Assembly (NCBI GenBank): GCA_964016885.1
Contig: OZ024744.1
Span: forward strand, 29,078,001-29,142,000
DNA from: Eledone cirrhosa
Lineage: Eukaryota
DNA length: 64,000 nt
Direction of reading: 5' to 3'
Shown here: positions 12,615-25,012 of the stretch, one piece after another
How the letters are laid out: the number at the start of each line of letters is the position of its first letter
Numbering within the stretch: the first letter of the stretch is position 1
Notes under the pieces: model-generated
The model's database searches: none
The model's input: the letters and a program-made list of their open reading frames with translations, nothing else
Told to the model about the DNA's origin: nothing
Position numbers and translations under genes: made by a program

Positions 12615-13496
12615 CCATATATGCCGGCGTACAGGTTGATCCGGCGCATAGGTCGACCCCTAAAGTTCTGAGGTATAATTCAGGTTTAGGCCTATATTCG
12701 CTGGATTAGACGATCCCCCAAAATAAGGCAGTACCATCACCCCAGCCCTAGATGCGCTTGTCATTCTTTGCACAAAATATAAAACATGGAAATAAACACT
12801 AAATAGTTGTAAGTAGTCGCAAGTGAGTTCTAACCCCCTGAGTAAACGAGTCTAGCCTTAATGAACCTATGGTAACCTACCCTATGGTAACTTACCTTAT
12901 GGTAACCTACCTATGGTAACCTACCCTATGGTAACCTACCCTATGGTAACCTTCTCTATGTTAACCTACCCTATGTGCTACGGCAAGTCATTGATATTAT
13001 TATAATCTCTACCTTAAATAGAATTAGTAAATATGAGATTCAGTAGGAAACAATTGTGGTAGGCTGGTAGAGTTAAGGTAAGTGGAGTTAAGGTAGAGCG
13101 AGTGTCAGTGGTAAAGGTTCACATATATGAATCGGATGTAACCCGTGAACTTTTTCCTGGGCAAAATTATTCGGACATGACCTCATTACCAGAGTGTTCA
13201 GACTGAAACTGGTTAAACTCATGGCTTTAATCAAAAAGGGTCAGGTATTTGGGGCTGTAAAATGTGACATGTTCACCGTCGAATGGCAAAGACGAGGGCT
13301 GCCACATGCTCACATTTTGAGGCTGGTAGAGTTAAGGTAAGTGGAGTTAAGGTAGAGCGAGTGTCAAGCAGGCAGTTTCACTGTTTACCTCTCAGTGGTA
13401 AAGGTTCACATTCTATATTCGGTGAACAAGTCGGCCCCCGGTTTCGCAGAGATATTTTTAGGCTCCAAATGTCGACTTATACGCCGGCATATACGG
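12615..13496. mobile_element. Non-autonomous Tc1/mariner-superfamily (Tc2/pogo-like) DNA element
   Basis: TIRs CCATATATGCCGGCGTA.. and ..TACGCCGGCATATACGG, each flanked by TA; internal 15-bp minisatellite (CTATGGTAACCTACC, about 7 copies, 12868-12975) and a ~47-bp direct repeat at 13061 and 13320. Confidence 0.75.
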
Positions 13497-13820
13497 TATA
13501 CAAGCATTAAGAGACAAAGATAATGAGGCATATAAGACCGCTGCGCCTCCTGCTCACTATCCCTGTTACACTCACTCTTTCTCTGTCACTCTCTCACTTC
13601 TCTCCATACAACTTCACTCCCCCCTCTCTCTCCTTCCTCTCCTCTCCCTCCTATGTCTCCTCTCCCTATCCCTCTTCTCCCTATCGCCCCTCTCACACCC
13701 CTCTCTATTTCTCTCATCCCTCATCTTCCTCTCTCCTCTCTCCCTCTCTCTCTCTCTCTCTATCTTCATCCTCGCCCCTATCTCACTCTCTCTCCCTCAC
13801 TATATCTATCTATCTATCTC

Positions 13821-16313
13821 AAGACGGACGCGTGATACTTGAACCGGAGCAGATGTGCGCGACTGTCAGCGGCACTTTGCACAACTATTCGGGCAGGGTG
13901 GCTATGTATTTCGGTCCATACCTCTCGACGGCCTGCCGCGACTCTCGGACGGGGAGGCGAAGTTCTGCGAAAGGCCGATTTCGGCCGCTGAGATGGGGGG
14001 CGCGCTGAGCCAATGCGGCAAACGCAAATCTCCAGGTCTCGACGGTCTACCCTACGAATTTTACGTAGCAATGCCGGACTTGTTACCCGGTCTCCTCGAA
14101 GCGGTCTACTGCAACTGGCAGCAGAACGGGAGAATTCCTAGTTCTGTGACCAAGGGTGTAGTCACGCTGGTCAGGAATCACGAGAAAAGGGGGACGACAT
14201 TAGTAATTTCAGGCCCATAACTCTGCTAAACACAGAGTTCAGATTTTGGCCAAGGTGCTAGCAAAGAGGCTGGTGCTTGTCGTCGAAAACCTGGTGGGAG
14301 AAGCGCAGACATGCGCAATCCCGACCAGGTCCATACACAACAACCTCCACCTCATGCGATACATCGTAGAGAGGGTAGGGTGTAAACCCGGCTTCGGTGG
14401 GGCACTGATAAATTTGGATCAGTCTAAGGCATTCGATAGAGTCGACCATCGTTACCTGGATGCGGTACTCGCGGCGGCAGGCTTCGGACCAGTGTTCAGG
14501 GGCTCGATTGCTGCCATGCACAGCAACATCTGCTCAAGGGTCATGGTGAATGGTTACCTCTCAGAGCCGTTCCAAAACACGCGATCCATCCGACAGGGAT
14601 GCCCTCTCTCCTCCCTTCTGTACGTACTGATTCTCGAGCCACTACTGCGGAAGTTGGAGCTACTGCAAGGCATCCCGTTGGAACCGGGACTGCGAAAAGC
14701 GGCGTCGGCCTACGCCGATGACGTGACAGTAATGGTGTCGAGCACCTCGCAAATCGGGGAGGCCGGCACCTTACTGAAGGAATACGAAATGTTCACAGGA
14801 GCGAAGCTAAACCGGGACAAGTCCGTCGGTTTGCAACTCGGAACGTGGAGAGGCAGACAGATGCTTTCCGACGGCGTCGTCGGACGCTGGACGGAGAGAC
14901 CGGTGAAGCTGCTCGGGGTCTGGTTCGGACCGGACCTCCAGGTGGAGAAAAACTGGAACGAGGTGACGGCCAATGTGTTTGCGCTCGCCCAGAAATGGGC
15001 CGAGTGCAAACTATCCTTGAAAGGTCGAGCAGAGGTGGCGAACGCTTTCATAGCGTCCGTCATCTACTACCGCTTGACCGTCGTGCCTTGTCCAGGTAAA
15101 ACGCTCACCAAAATGGAGCGCGCGCTCTTCCAATTCCTTTGGAAGAAGCGGGCTTCTTTGGTGAGAAGATCCATCTGCTGTCAACACCCTTCAAACGGAG
15201 GGCTGGGGATGTCGTGGCTGACGATACGCAAACACGCACTCAGGCTGCGGCACCTCCACGTATTTCTCACCAGACAACCAGTGTGGGCCCCGTTCGTGAG
15301 CCTTCCCGCGACTCGTCTCGCTGACCGAGGAAAATGGGCAACTGGCATATTGAATGTGCTCAGGCGCTCACAGTCCTCTGGCAAACGGACCCGGCGATCA
15401 GTGGAGACTCCACCTCGTCATTCTATAAAGGGTTAGTCCGCTGCAAGTGCGACGACATTCGAAGAAACTCTAGGCGTAGAGGAAGGCGAACTGACCAGTC
15501 TGTTCCGTATGACCTTCCGCCTGGGACCGATGGACAACTTCCAAAAGTCCCTGGCCTGGCAGTGCTACCGAGGAGCTCTACCCGTTCGAGACAAGCTCTA
15601 CAGACACGGGCGCCCGGGCAGGAATCCCTCGAAAAAGATCTGTCCGAGATGCGTGCGTGACGAGGAAACCGTCGCGCATGCATTCGTACACTGCCCAGGC
15701 GTTACCGACCTGTGGAGCTATGTAAAACGACTACTGTCGCGGGTGGGACAAATCCGGTTGACCACTGTGTCCATTATTGTGATCAAACCGCCACCTTCCT
15801 TCAAAAACGAAGGAGAGGCGGTTTTCCTGTGTAATGGCTATGGTGAAAGAGGCTATATGGTGGACGAGATTTAAAAGGTTGAGGTCAGACACCTTTCTCT
15901 CTGGCGAACAACTGGTTCGCTTCTTCAAATATCATTTTAGAAGAAGAATCCAAGTGGAGAGGGAGGTGCTGCACCCCAGCAAATTTTACGAACGGTGGGT
16001 GAATGTGGCAAAGATGGCCCGAGTGGTTGGGACTTCTCTCTATATAAGCCTGTAGGTTGAGGAAAAAGAGGAAGAGAGGAAAGGAACGCTCACTCTTCGT
16101 GCTCTTGGAGATGAGGGTTGTACATTTTCTCGGGGTGTGTACAACCCATGTGTAACGCCTCCCCCCTATTGGGGATTTCAATTGTTAATTGTTATTTGTT
16201 ATATGTTATTTGTTATTTGTTTTATTAATTCTGTTTTTTACACGCTTGTATGTAAACTCCCCACTCTGTATCTGTTCCCATCTTTTTGCACCCTTGTGGC
16301 AAATAAAGAAATA
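13821..16313 (+). mobile_element. Tx1/L1-clade LINE, 5'-truncated, ORF2 frameshifted
   Basis: KSPGLDG, LDQSKAFDRVDH, RQGCPLS, AYADDV, GGLG, CPRC..ETVAHAFVHC; AATAAA near 16302; 14-bp TSD TATCTATCTATCTC at 13807-13820 and 16314-16327. Confidence 0.92.
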
Positions 16314-16344
16314 TATCTATCTATCTCTCATTTTCACTCTCTTA

Positions 16345-16560
16345 TGGTTGTGGTGGCGGTCGTGCTGGTGCTGGTGGCGGCGGCGGTGTTGGTTGTGGCG
16401 GCGGTGTTGGTGGTGGTGGAGGTGGTGGTGGCGGTGGCGGTTGTGGTGGCGGCGGTGCTGCTGCTGGTGTTGACGGTAGTAGCGGTAGTAGTAGTAATGA
16501 TAGAGGTAGGATGAGCGGAGGTGTTGATGGTGGAAGTAGTGGTTGGTGGTGACAGCGACA
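16345..16560. repeat. (GGT/GGC)n low-complexity tract
   Basis: Seen directly. Confidence 0.85.
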
Positions 16561-17173
16561 GTGTGGGGGAGGGGGGTACTGAGCCGGTGGTAGGCGAGAC
16601 AGGACAGAAGGAGGGAAGGGGGGGGGGCAACAACACTGTATTCTTCCTTCTCCTTTTCTCCCCCTCCTCCACTCCTCTTCCGATACCCCAGTACATATAC
16701 ACACCCCGGGTATGGATGGGTGTGTTTAGAGTTGGTCCGGGTTGACGTGATTTAACAGTTTATATATGTGTGTGTGTATGAATAAGTATGGATGAGGTGT
16801 TAAATCTTCATTAAGTTTATTCTGGAATCAAAAGCTCATCTAACTTCTGTTAGCTTTCCGGATCATTTCTTTTGAATGAAACAGTTCTAGTCCTGTAGAA
16901 GCCATTTCTATAACAACTAATAATTAAGTTTGTTTTGAAACAGAGGACGGGTTTGAAAATAGAAATAGAAGTTTTCGCCGTATTTTTGACAAAAGAAATT
17001 TTAGCCTGATAGTGGGGTTTAGAACCCCCTAAGAAATAGAAAAGGATTAGTATTGATGTACATGGGAGTCGGACCCACATTTTTTTGTTATCAAGACCAC
17101 TGTGCTACCATTACACCAACACATCACCCATCTCTTTTCATTCAAATTAGAAGCTACATTCTTAGAAAGTATG

Positions 17174-17376
17174 ATGGTTTCTTATATAGACACAAGGCCA
17201 GCAATTTTGTTTTTTCAAAATCGACCCCAGTGCATTACTGGTACTTATTTTATCGACCCCGTAAAGATGAAAGGCAAAGGTACCCTCGGTGGAATTTGAA
17301 CTCATGTCGTAAAGGGTCATAACTCTATGCTGCGAAGCATGGTGTCTGAAACTCTACTGATACTGCCAATCCACCG
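17174..17376 (-). mobile_element. SINE family 1 with TSD
   Basis: Reverse complement of the 3230-3439 body; TSD TTAGAAAGTATG at 17162-17173 and 17377-17388. Confidence 0.85.
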
Positions 17377-17575
17377 TTAGAAAGTATGTTTTGAAAGTGA
17401 TCTGGATGACCAAAGATATGGGTTCGACACCCATGTACGTCAATAATCATCTTTATGTGTGTTATTCATACATATTTTAAAGCACATGGTAGTTGTCAAT
17501 TGATTATATTAAACGTTTTCGTGAGATAACACTCCAATGCTTATTTTCAATTTATATATCGTTAATACCCAGAAG

Positions 17576-17661
17576 AAATAATTGTTTCTACTTTTGGCAC
17601 AAGGCCAGCAATTATCCAGTACATTACTGGTACTATATTTTATCAACCCCGTAAGGATGAA
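17576..17661 (-). mobile_element. SINE family 1, 3' fragment
   Basis: Matches the 3' half of the other copies. Confidence 0.75.
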
Positions 17662-18434
17662 GAAATAATGATGCCTATAGTATAATTCTTACACAGGATT
17701 CGTAAACTATCAGTAATATAATAAAAGCCGTGGATATTTGTCCGTGACAGTGAGGAAGGAAGGGAGCATTACGTCAACTGAGGAAGGAAGGGGTGATGAC
17801 AAACTACAGAAAGCAGCATCTAACATTCGCTATACCTGTGTGTGCATATGTATAGTGAATTGGCTACACACATTGGCTGTTATGATTATGTGTGTGTGTA
17901 TATGTGTGTTTGTGTACATAAAATTTATATATAATATTTGTGTGGGTGTATATGTGTTTGTGTGTGTATATGTATGTGTGTTTGTGTAAATTGTATTTAT
18001 ATATAATATTTGTGTGTGTGTATATGTGTTTCTGTGTATATGTATATGCGTTAATGTAAATTATATTTATATATAATATTTGTGTGAGTGTATATATGTT
18101 CGTGTGTGTTTATTTAGGAAGATACATAGACGATAGAATTACAAACACACACGAATCTACACATACATATATATATAAACAGACACACTTAATAAACATA
18201 ATTATTACATACACACACATCTATGTGATGACTGAGGAAGGAGGGGTGAGAGAAATCATAGAAGTCCAGCGTTCTAAGATTCGTCACAGCTGTGTGTTTG
18301 TATGTTTGTATCACCTGTGTGAGGGAGTGCGAAGGAATCAACCAACCAACAGACATCTCTTTTTTCTATTACAATCAGCCGTCATTTTTGACGGCACGGG
18401 GCCAGTTAGTAAATTAATAATTATTGTAATAAAA

Positions 18435-19702
18435 ATGTTCATTTGTCCCAAAAATAAGTGTACGGATTTTCCAGTATACAGCAAGTTACCGCAGCACCTC
18501 GTTTATGTGTATAGGCTTGTTGGTTATCACCTTGGCTGCACATACTTGTTTTAACATGATCAACTGAGTCAATCATGAGTTATTGCTGTTTATGTACAGA
18601 CGTTTTTATATTCTCTGTTACATTTGCGATGCAGGAAAATATCGAACAATGATACGTAATCAAATGTGTGAAACTCAACAAATCCGCCACCGAAATATTA
18701 AATGTTTTAACACAAACTTATGGAGGTGCCATTCTATCGAGAAGTATGGTTTTTAAGTGACACAAAGCTTTCAAGGGGAGCTGAGAAAATGTTGAAGACA
18801 AACCTCTTCTGGAAGGCCAATCTCCTCAACAAATGAACACAATGTGGATATGGTGTGAGTGATGATGGTGAAAAATCACCGATTAAGTGTTAGGATGATT
18901 GTAGAAGAAACGGGCTTGGATGAAAATACAGTTCACGGAATTTTAACAGATGATTTACACATGTGAAAAGTTTGTTCAATATTAGTGACCAAACATTTGT
19001 CTGTGGAGTAAAAATTGAACTGGTTGGAAATTTGCCACGATTTGCTAGGACTCAAAATTGAACTAACTTTCTTGAATAAAGTAATAACAGGAAATGAATC
19101 ATGAGTGTTCGATTACCATTCAGAGACAAAATTGCAAAGTGAGGAGCGATACATGAAACATTCTCATCATCTGAAGAAAACTCGCATGAGCAGATCCAGG
19201 GTGAAAACAATGATTATCATATTTTTCGACAGCCGTGGTATTGTTCACAGAAAAGTTTTACATTCAGGATAGACAGTTAATCACATCTTCTATAAAGATA
19301 TCTTGGAACAACTTCGAAAACGAGTCCAGCGATTCCGAAAGGACATTGCAAGAGACTGGGTACTTCACCATGATAACGCGCTAGCTCACACAACACATTT
19401 AATTAGAGAATTTCTGGCAAAGAAAATCATTCCTATTCTTCCATGTCATCTCTATAGCCAGTTGAAATCGAAGTTGAAAGGTCATCTTTTTGGGACAGTG
19501 AAAACATACAAAAAATTGTAGCTGACGAGCTAACGACACTCACTGAAAATGATTTCGGGTACTGCTAACACCAGTGGAAAAAACGTTGGAAACACTGTAT
19601 GACTTCCAAAGGGACGTATTTTGAAGGAGATAACTTGTAATTTCATGTACGTCTAATATACATGAAAATAAAAAGTACTCTTAATTTTTTCACAAACCTC
19701 GT
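18435..19702 (+). mobile_element. Mariner transposon relic (transposase pseudogene ~18628-19640)
   Basis: MQENIEQ..VKLNKSATE, VITGNES*VFDY..ETK.QS, WVLHHDNA.AH, GTYFEGDN; degenerate TIRs; many stops. Confidence 0.85.
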
Positions 19703-19703
19703 G

Positions 19704-19758
<55 letters not shown>

Positions 19759-19761
<3 letters not shown>

Positions 19762-20253
19762 AAAATAAATGAGATTTCGCTTCAAGCATAGCTTTATACA
19801 ACATGTATAGAAATTTCGTATTTCTAAAGAAATACAGTTTTAGGAAGCCGTAGCTATGAAATCACTGGGGGGCTAATGCCCTCTTGTGGTGTCCAGCAGA
19901 AGCAAGGGGGACAACCGTCTATGCATTTCAGGCTTAACTGGCCTTCGTCAGGACGGTCCCTCCCACCGCTTGCGACTACTGAACTTGAAACCAGTCGAAA
20001 ATATATACTTTTCTCGTCTGTGTGAATGAGGTGATTAATCTCATTTGCATATGAAGCTGCATAAGTTGGCTCAACTTATAATAAAATAGAAAAGAAATGA
20101 GATTTCGCTTCAAGCATAGCTTTATACAATATGTATAGAAATTTCGTTTTTCTAAAGAAATACGGTTTTAGGAAGCCGTAGCATAGACAGTTGTCCTCCC
20201 TGCTTCTACTGGACACCACCAGAGGGCGTTAGCCCCCCGGTGTTTGCATAGCT
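19759..20253 (-). mobile_element. PLE/retrozyme-like pseudo-LTR with direct and inverted segments
   Basis: 19768-19855 is directly repeated at ~20095-20182; 19851-19924 is inverted at ~20181-20254; adjoins (TA)n; contains a hammerhead. Confidence 0.7.
19906..19961 (-). ncRNA. Well-formed type I hammerhead ribozyme
   Basis: ACCGTC-CTGACGA-AGGC-cagttaa-GCCT-GAAA-tgca-TA-GACGGT; perfect stems I and II, palindromic stem III (ATGCAT). Confidence 0.85.
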
Positions 20254-20884
20254 AGGCCTTCCGTCGAGAACTCTGGTGTCTTTGGTTCCCGCACTGCTGT
20301 TTTCCCCCCGTAAAATCGGAAAGGTAGCAGCCCGCTTGAGGTAGGGATCCTATGAGGTGGAGGTGGCTGTTGCAGCAGGTGACCATTCTCCATGGTAATG
20401 ACTTTGCCGTTTTGTCTGCGGAGCGCAGCTGAGACACCATTGTGACTTGGATGCAGTGTCTGTCCCCTCACCTCTCCATTCTTTTCATGGCTTGATTTTC
20501 ATTTCTTCTTCTTTTCATTTCCTTTTTTTCTTTTTTATTTCCTTCAATTGTGTATTTTGTGTTTGTATAAACGACTTTATAAAATAAAACAAAGAACGCA
20601 AAAAGGTGTACAATATACATAGTAATAAGAAAACGAAAAAAGGAAAGGAAAGGGGCAGTACACCTCAGTCTGAGTGGTGTTTCAGCTGTGCCTGGCGGAC
20701 AAAGTTTCGAAGGCATTTCCGCAGGAAATGGCCAGCGACATACGCTGCAATAACCCCACACCAAGGGGCTCTTTTCTCATTATATTTGGGAGTTCACCTT
20801 GTTCTTCTCCACCATCATTAATACTAATGCCCTTCTCATTACAGGAGAAATTTTAAATTATGAAAAAAAACTATTAAGAAATTA

Positions 20885-21093
20885 ATTGGCAGTATCGGTA
20901 GAGCGTCGGACAACATGCTTTATGGTATATAGTTACGGCTCTTAACGTTCTGAGTTCAAATCTCGTCGAGGTTAGTTTTACTTTTAATCCTTATGGAGTC
21001 AATAAAATAAAGTAGAAGTAACACACTGGGGTCAATTTAAACAACTTTCTCTTCCTGCAAAATTATTGGCTTTCTGCTTAAAACCATTATTAT
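20885..21093 (+). mobile_element. SINE family 1 (diverged copy)
   Basis: Same A box, B box and body as 3230-3439; ATT tail. Confidence 0.8.
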
Positions 21094-21899
21094 TTGGTGG
21101 CCTTGTCTGGACATACTGTACATCGCAGCAGAAGTCTGCGGGGTTTTTTACCTTGTTTAAAAACATTTATTTAAAATTTTGTTAAATCAGATTTATTTTT
21201 AAAACACATTTACAACACAAGTTTTGTTTTTAAAAACGCGACTGATCAACCAAAGCCAGCAACTGAATGGAACTGCGGGGCGTCCGTAGAATGTAAGGGT
21301 CAAACAGCTGCAAAACACACCAAGGCGTGGGCAACAAAGAAAATGTACCAAATTAACTTTCCACTTTTGAAAGAATACGACAATGTCGTTACTAATATCA
21401 CTATTGCAGGTACAACATAAAAAAACAACGTGGCTAAGTACGAAAACAATACCCCCGCTGCCACCATAACCACCACCAGTACTACTAAACAGCAGAAAAT
21501 AGCAAGAATAACAATAAGAAGAGTAACAACAACAACAATACTTTCGCAGCTACGGTAGCCAAAACAACAGATCTCATCCAAAGAAAGAAACGTGTTTAGC
21601 GCAAGCAGCAAAATTAATTAAAAAAAAAAAGACCAGGACTAACGTAAGTTTTCCTCCTGAAGAGTTGGCAGCTACGAAGCGAAAAACTTTTGTTTATAAA
21701 TGCGTTTCTATAAAACCAAAAAGGCAAAACAAAACAAACAAAAACAGAATTAGCGCCTCAAACGCATCTGGAAACAGCCTTGAAGTAAATCATGCAGAAT
21801 ATCCAGACAATTTTGGAGCGTTGAGGTGCTCTTCAAGAGTGAAGCCTTTGCTTTAAAGCGTTCTGTGGTCCCCCGCAAAACGGACCAATACATATTGTT

Positions 21900-22225
21900 T
21901 CCCTGTTATTTGGGAAGAACAGTCCAGATCCTTATTGCGGGAATCCTACCAGAGTTAGACATTTGATGGGTCCTGTTATCCGGATTTTTTATCTCCTGGG
22001 GGTAAATAGAATCCGGGGGGAATCTTTTTACCTAGGATCAGTTTGGAGATACTTCACATAATACCAAAAAAGCTGGACAAGATACCGGACATAATTCGCC
22101 TTCAATACGGTGATGTCCTACATGTCGTTGAGGGCAAAAATACCTCGATGTCATCAATGTAGCGAAAGCAGCCACCTAAGATCTTTCTGCCCTCATCAAA
22201 AGATAGCGGAGAACAGCAGAACCCA
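21900..22225 (-). pseudogene. PLE-type reverse transcriptase fragment
   Basis: Minus strand 22141-22176 reads GGCFRYIDDIEV; surrounding frame disrupted; extent uncertain. Confidence 0.5.
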
Positions 22226-23113
22226 GTTGTTGCCAACACCACCCTCCAACAACAACACTAAATGCAAACAACAGCAATACCTCCAATGATAGCAGCAGCA
22301 ACGAAAGTAACACTAACACCTGAGGCAAATCCAACACCATCAGCGTCACAAAAAGGAGCACCAGAGGGGAAGAGCATAAATTAGCCCATCCATGGGTCTC
22401 CTAAGTCTCTCTCCCTGCCCCCTCTTTGAAACACACTTCCCTTTGTCCTCCTCCTCTTTCAATCTTTTCTATATTTATCTGCCTGTCACCCACTTTGTGG
22501 ATTGTCTCTCTGTTGACCACTGGCCACTGGTGTCTGTCTTCTGAGGCATTTTTTCCCATCGCTCTCTTTGACAGCATTTAGCTGTTTTAACGACTGTTCT
22601 AGCGATGATTTTTCTCCTTTCTATGTGTATTTAAATAGACTCTCACTTCGTTACGATCAGAGACAACATTGTTTTTCATTTAATTTTAGCATTGCTATAT
22701 TTAGCTTTCTATTTAGGACAAACACCACAGCTTTGAGGTCCACCATCCCATTATTTTCTTTCCTTTATTTTCTTCGTCCTCCTATTTGTGCTGTTTGTTT
22801 TATCACACACACATTATGCCAACAAAAAGATATATTTTTCTGGTGCATGATGCAGCATGTTAAAATGGTTCTCTCAATTAAATCGTGCGAAACCATTTTG
22901 CTGGTTTGAGAGCTGATAAAGGTGAAGATGTGTGTGTGTAAACTTGTCTTGTACATCGCCTTTTTTATTTCCTCTTGTACATCTCTGTGAGGGTGGAAGT
23001 GTATATGTTTATGTATGGGTATGTCTATGTCTGTGTGTGTGTATGTTAGAGTAATCCGGGTAATCCAGGAGATTTGACACATATTGTATTTGACACATAT
23101 TGTATGTTATAAT

Positions 23114-23297
23114 AAAATAATTGTTTCTACTTTTGGCACAAGGCCAGCAATTATCCCAGTGCATTATTGGTACTTTATTTTATCGACCCCGTAAGGATGA
23201 AAGGCAAAGTTAACCTCGGCGGGATTTAAACTCAGTCCGTAAAGGGACGTAACTGTGCTGCAAAGCATGGCGCCCGACCCTCTACCGATACTGCCAT
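23114..23297 (-). mobile_element. SINE family 1
   Basis: Reverse complement of the 3230-3439 body. Confidence 0.85.
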
Positions 23298-23429
23298 GAA
23301 ATATTACATGTCGTGTATATTTAAACCTGTAGCTAATAATTATTTATCAAGGTGATATTTGGATTCAGGACATGAAAATATATAAGAATTAAATAACCTC
23401 ATTTAAGAAACACACAACGTTTCAAAAAT

Positions 23430-23775
23430 TGTTGACCAGTGTTAGCGGTCCGAAGCGCGTAATAAGGTCACTGACGAAAAGGTTACAGGTGAAGTGACTG
23501 AATGAGCGGAATTGTCGGGCGACAGGTGACCGAGAGCTGAGCCGGATGATGCGGAGGTGCCCGGCGAACTGGTCCGCGAATCGCCGGCCTGTCTGTCCGA
23601 CATAGGCAGCTCCACATAACGTGTAATGGAGTCCGTAGACAGTGCTGAAGCAGATGCAGCGGAAAGAGTGACAAACACGGAGGGATTGGTCGTTGGGCCT
23701 CTGGTGGAAGGCTGTGGTGTTGATGATGTAAAGGGCAGTTGTAGCAGCGGGAACTGGAGCAGGGGGTCAGGGCAG
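23430..23775 (-). pseudogene. PLE GIY-YIG endonuclease remnant with upstream Cys linker
   Basis: A frame absent from the ORF track, read down from 23700: SFRCICFSTVYGLHYTLCGAAYVGQTGRRFADQFAGHLR..SPVARQF; preceded by PCSSSRCYNCP. Confidence 0.85.
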
Positions 23776-24835
23776 GTGTGACAGAAGGAACTGGCGCAGG
23801 GCGAGGGCAGTTGTGGAAGTGGGGTCGGGAGCAGCCGGAGGGCAGGTGTGGTAGCGGGATGGGGAGTAGGGGAGGGCAGGTCTGGCAGTGGGGTGATGAG
23901 TGGGGCAGATGAGGCAGTGGGATGGGGGAGGGGGAGGGCAGGTGTGACAGTGGGATGGGGGAGTAGGGGAGGGGAGGTGTGGCAGTGGGATGGGGAGTAG
24001 AGTGAGGGCAGGTGTGGCAGCGGGATGAGGAGTAGGGGGAGGGCAGGTGTGGCAGTGGGATGGGGGTAGGGGAGGACAGGTGTGGCAGTGGGATGCGGAG
24101 TAGGGGAGGGCATGTGTGGCTGTAGGATGGGGAGAAGGGGGAGGGCAGGTGTGGCATAGGTGTGGGAAGTGGGGTGAGGTGTGACAGGAGGAAGTAGGGG
24201 ACAGCAGATGTGGCAGTGGTATAGGGACTAGGAAGAGAACAGGTGTGGCAGTGGGATGAGAGTAGGGGGAGGGAAGGTGTGGCAGTGGGGTCGGGAGTAG
24301 GGGAGGGCAGGTTTGGCAGTGGGGATTGAGGTAGGGGGTGGGGCGGCAGTGGGGGAGTAGGGGGAGGTCAGGTGTGAAAGTGAGATGGAGTAGGGGGAGG
24401 GCAGGTGTGGGAGTGGGATGGGGGATAGGGGGGTAGGTGTGGCAGTGGAATGAAGGGTATGGGGAGGGCAGGTGCTGTAGAGGGGTCGGAGGAAGGGAGA
24501 GGACAGGTGTGGCAGTGGGATGGGGAGTAGGTGAAGGCCAGGTGTGGCAGTGGGATGGGGGTAGGGATAGGGCAGGTGTGGTAGCGGGATGGGGAGTAGG
24601 GAGAGGGCAGGTGTGGCAGGGAATGAAGGGTAGGGGGAGGGCAGGTCTGACAATGGAATGAGGGGTAGGGGGCAGGTCTGGCAGTGGTATGGTGGGGTAG
24701 GGGGAGGAGAGGTGTGGCAGTGGGATGGGGAGTAGGGGGAGGGCAGGTGTGGTAGTGGGATGGGGGTATGGATAGGGCAGGTGTGGTAGCGGGATGAGCA
24801 ATAGCGGGAGGGTACGGGTGGCAGTGGGGTCGGGA
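23735..24835. repeat. G-rich minisatellite, ~33-36-bp unit, about 30 copies
   Basis: Unit approximately GAGGGCAGGTGTGGCAGTGGGATGGGGAGTAGGG. Confidence 0.9.
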
Positions 24836-25012
24836 GATCCAATACCCCCAAATACATTTTCAGCTTTATATTCCTGTGAGAAGAATATATAGCAAACTGC
24901 CTGGATAAAAGAATTATCGATGATGGATCTTCACCACCCCGTCCGAGTTTCCAGCCTCCTCTATAATGTGAATCCCCCTGAAGCCACCACAAAAGAGTCA
25001 GCCCAAACTATA

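Noticed and set aside
17051-17446. ~30-bp imperfect inverted repeat (17051-17080 and 17417-17446) with a CTGGATGA..GACAC hammerhead-like trace
   Set aside because: Core bases are mutated and stems unclear; probably an old PLE end, but not supportable as a ribozyme.
23442-24113. Ser/Thr/Pro-rich host exon
   Set aside because: An alternative frame gives a clear GIY-YIG domain; the Pro-rich part is minisatellite.
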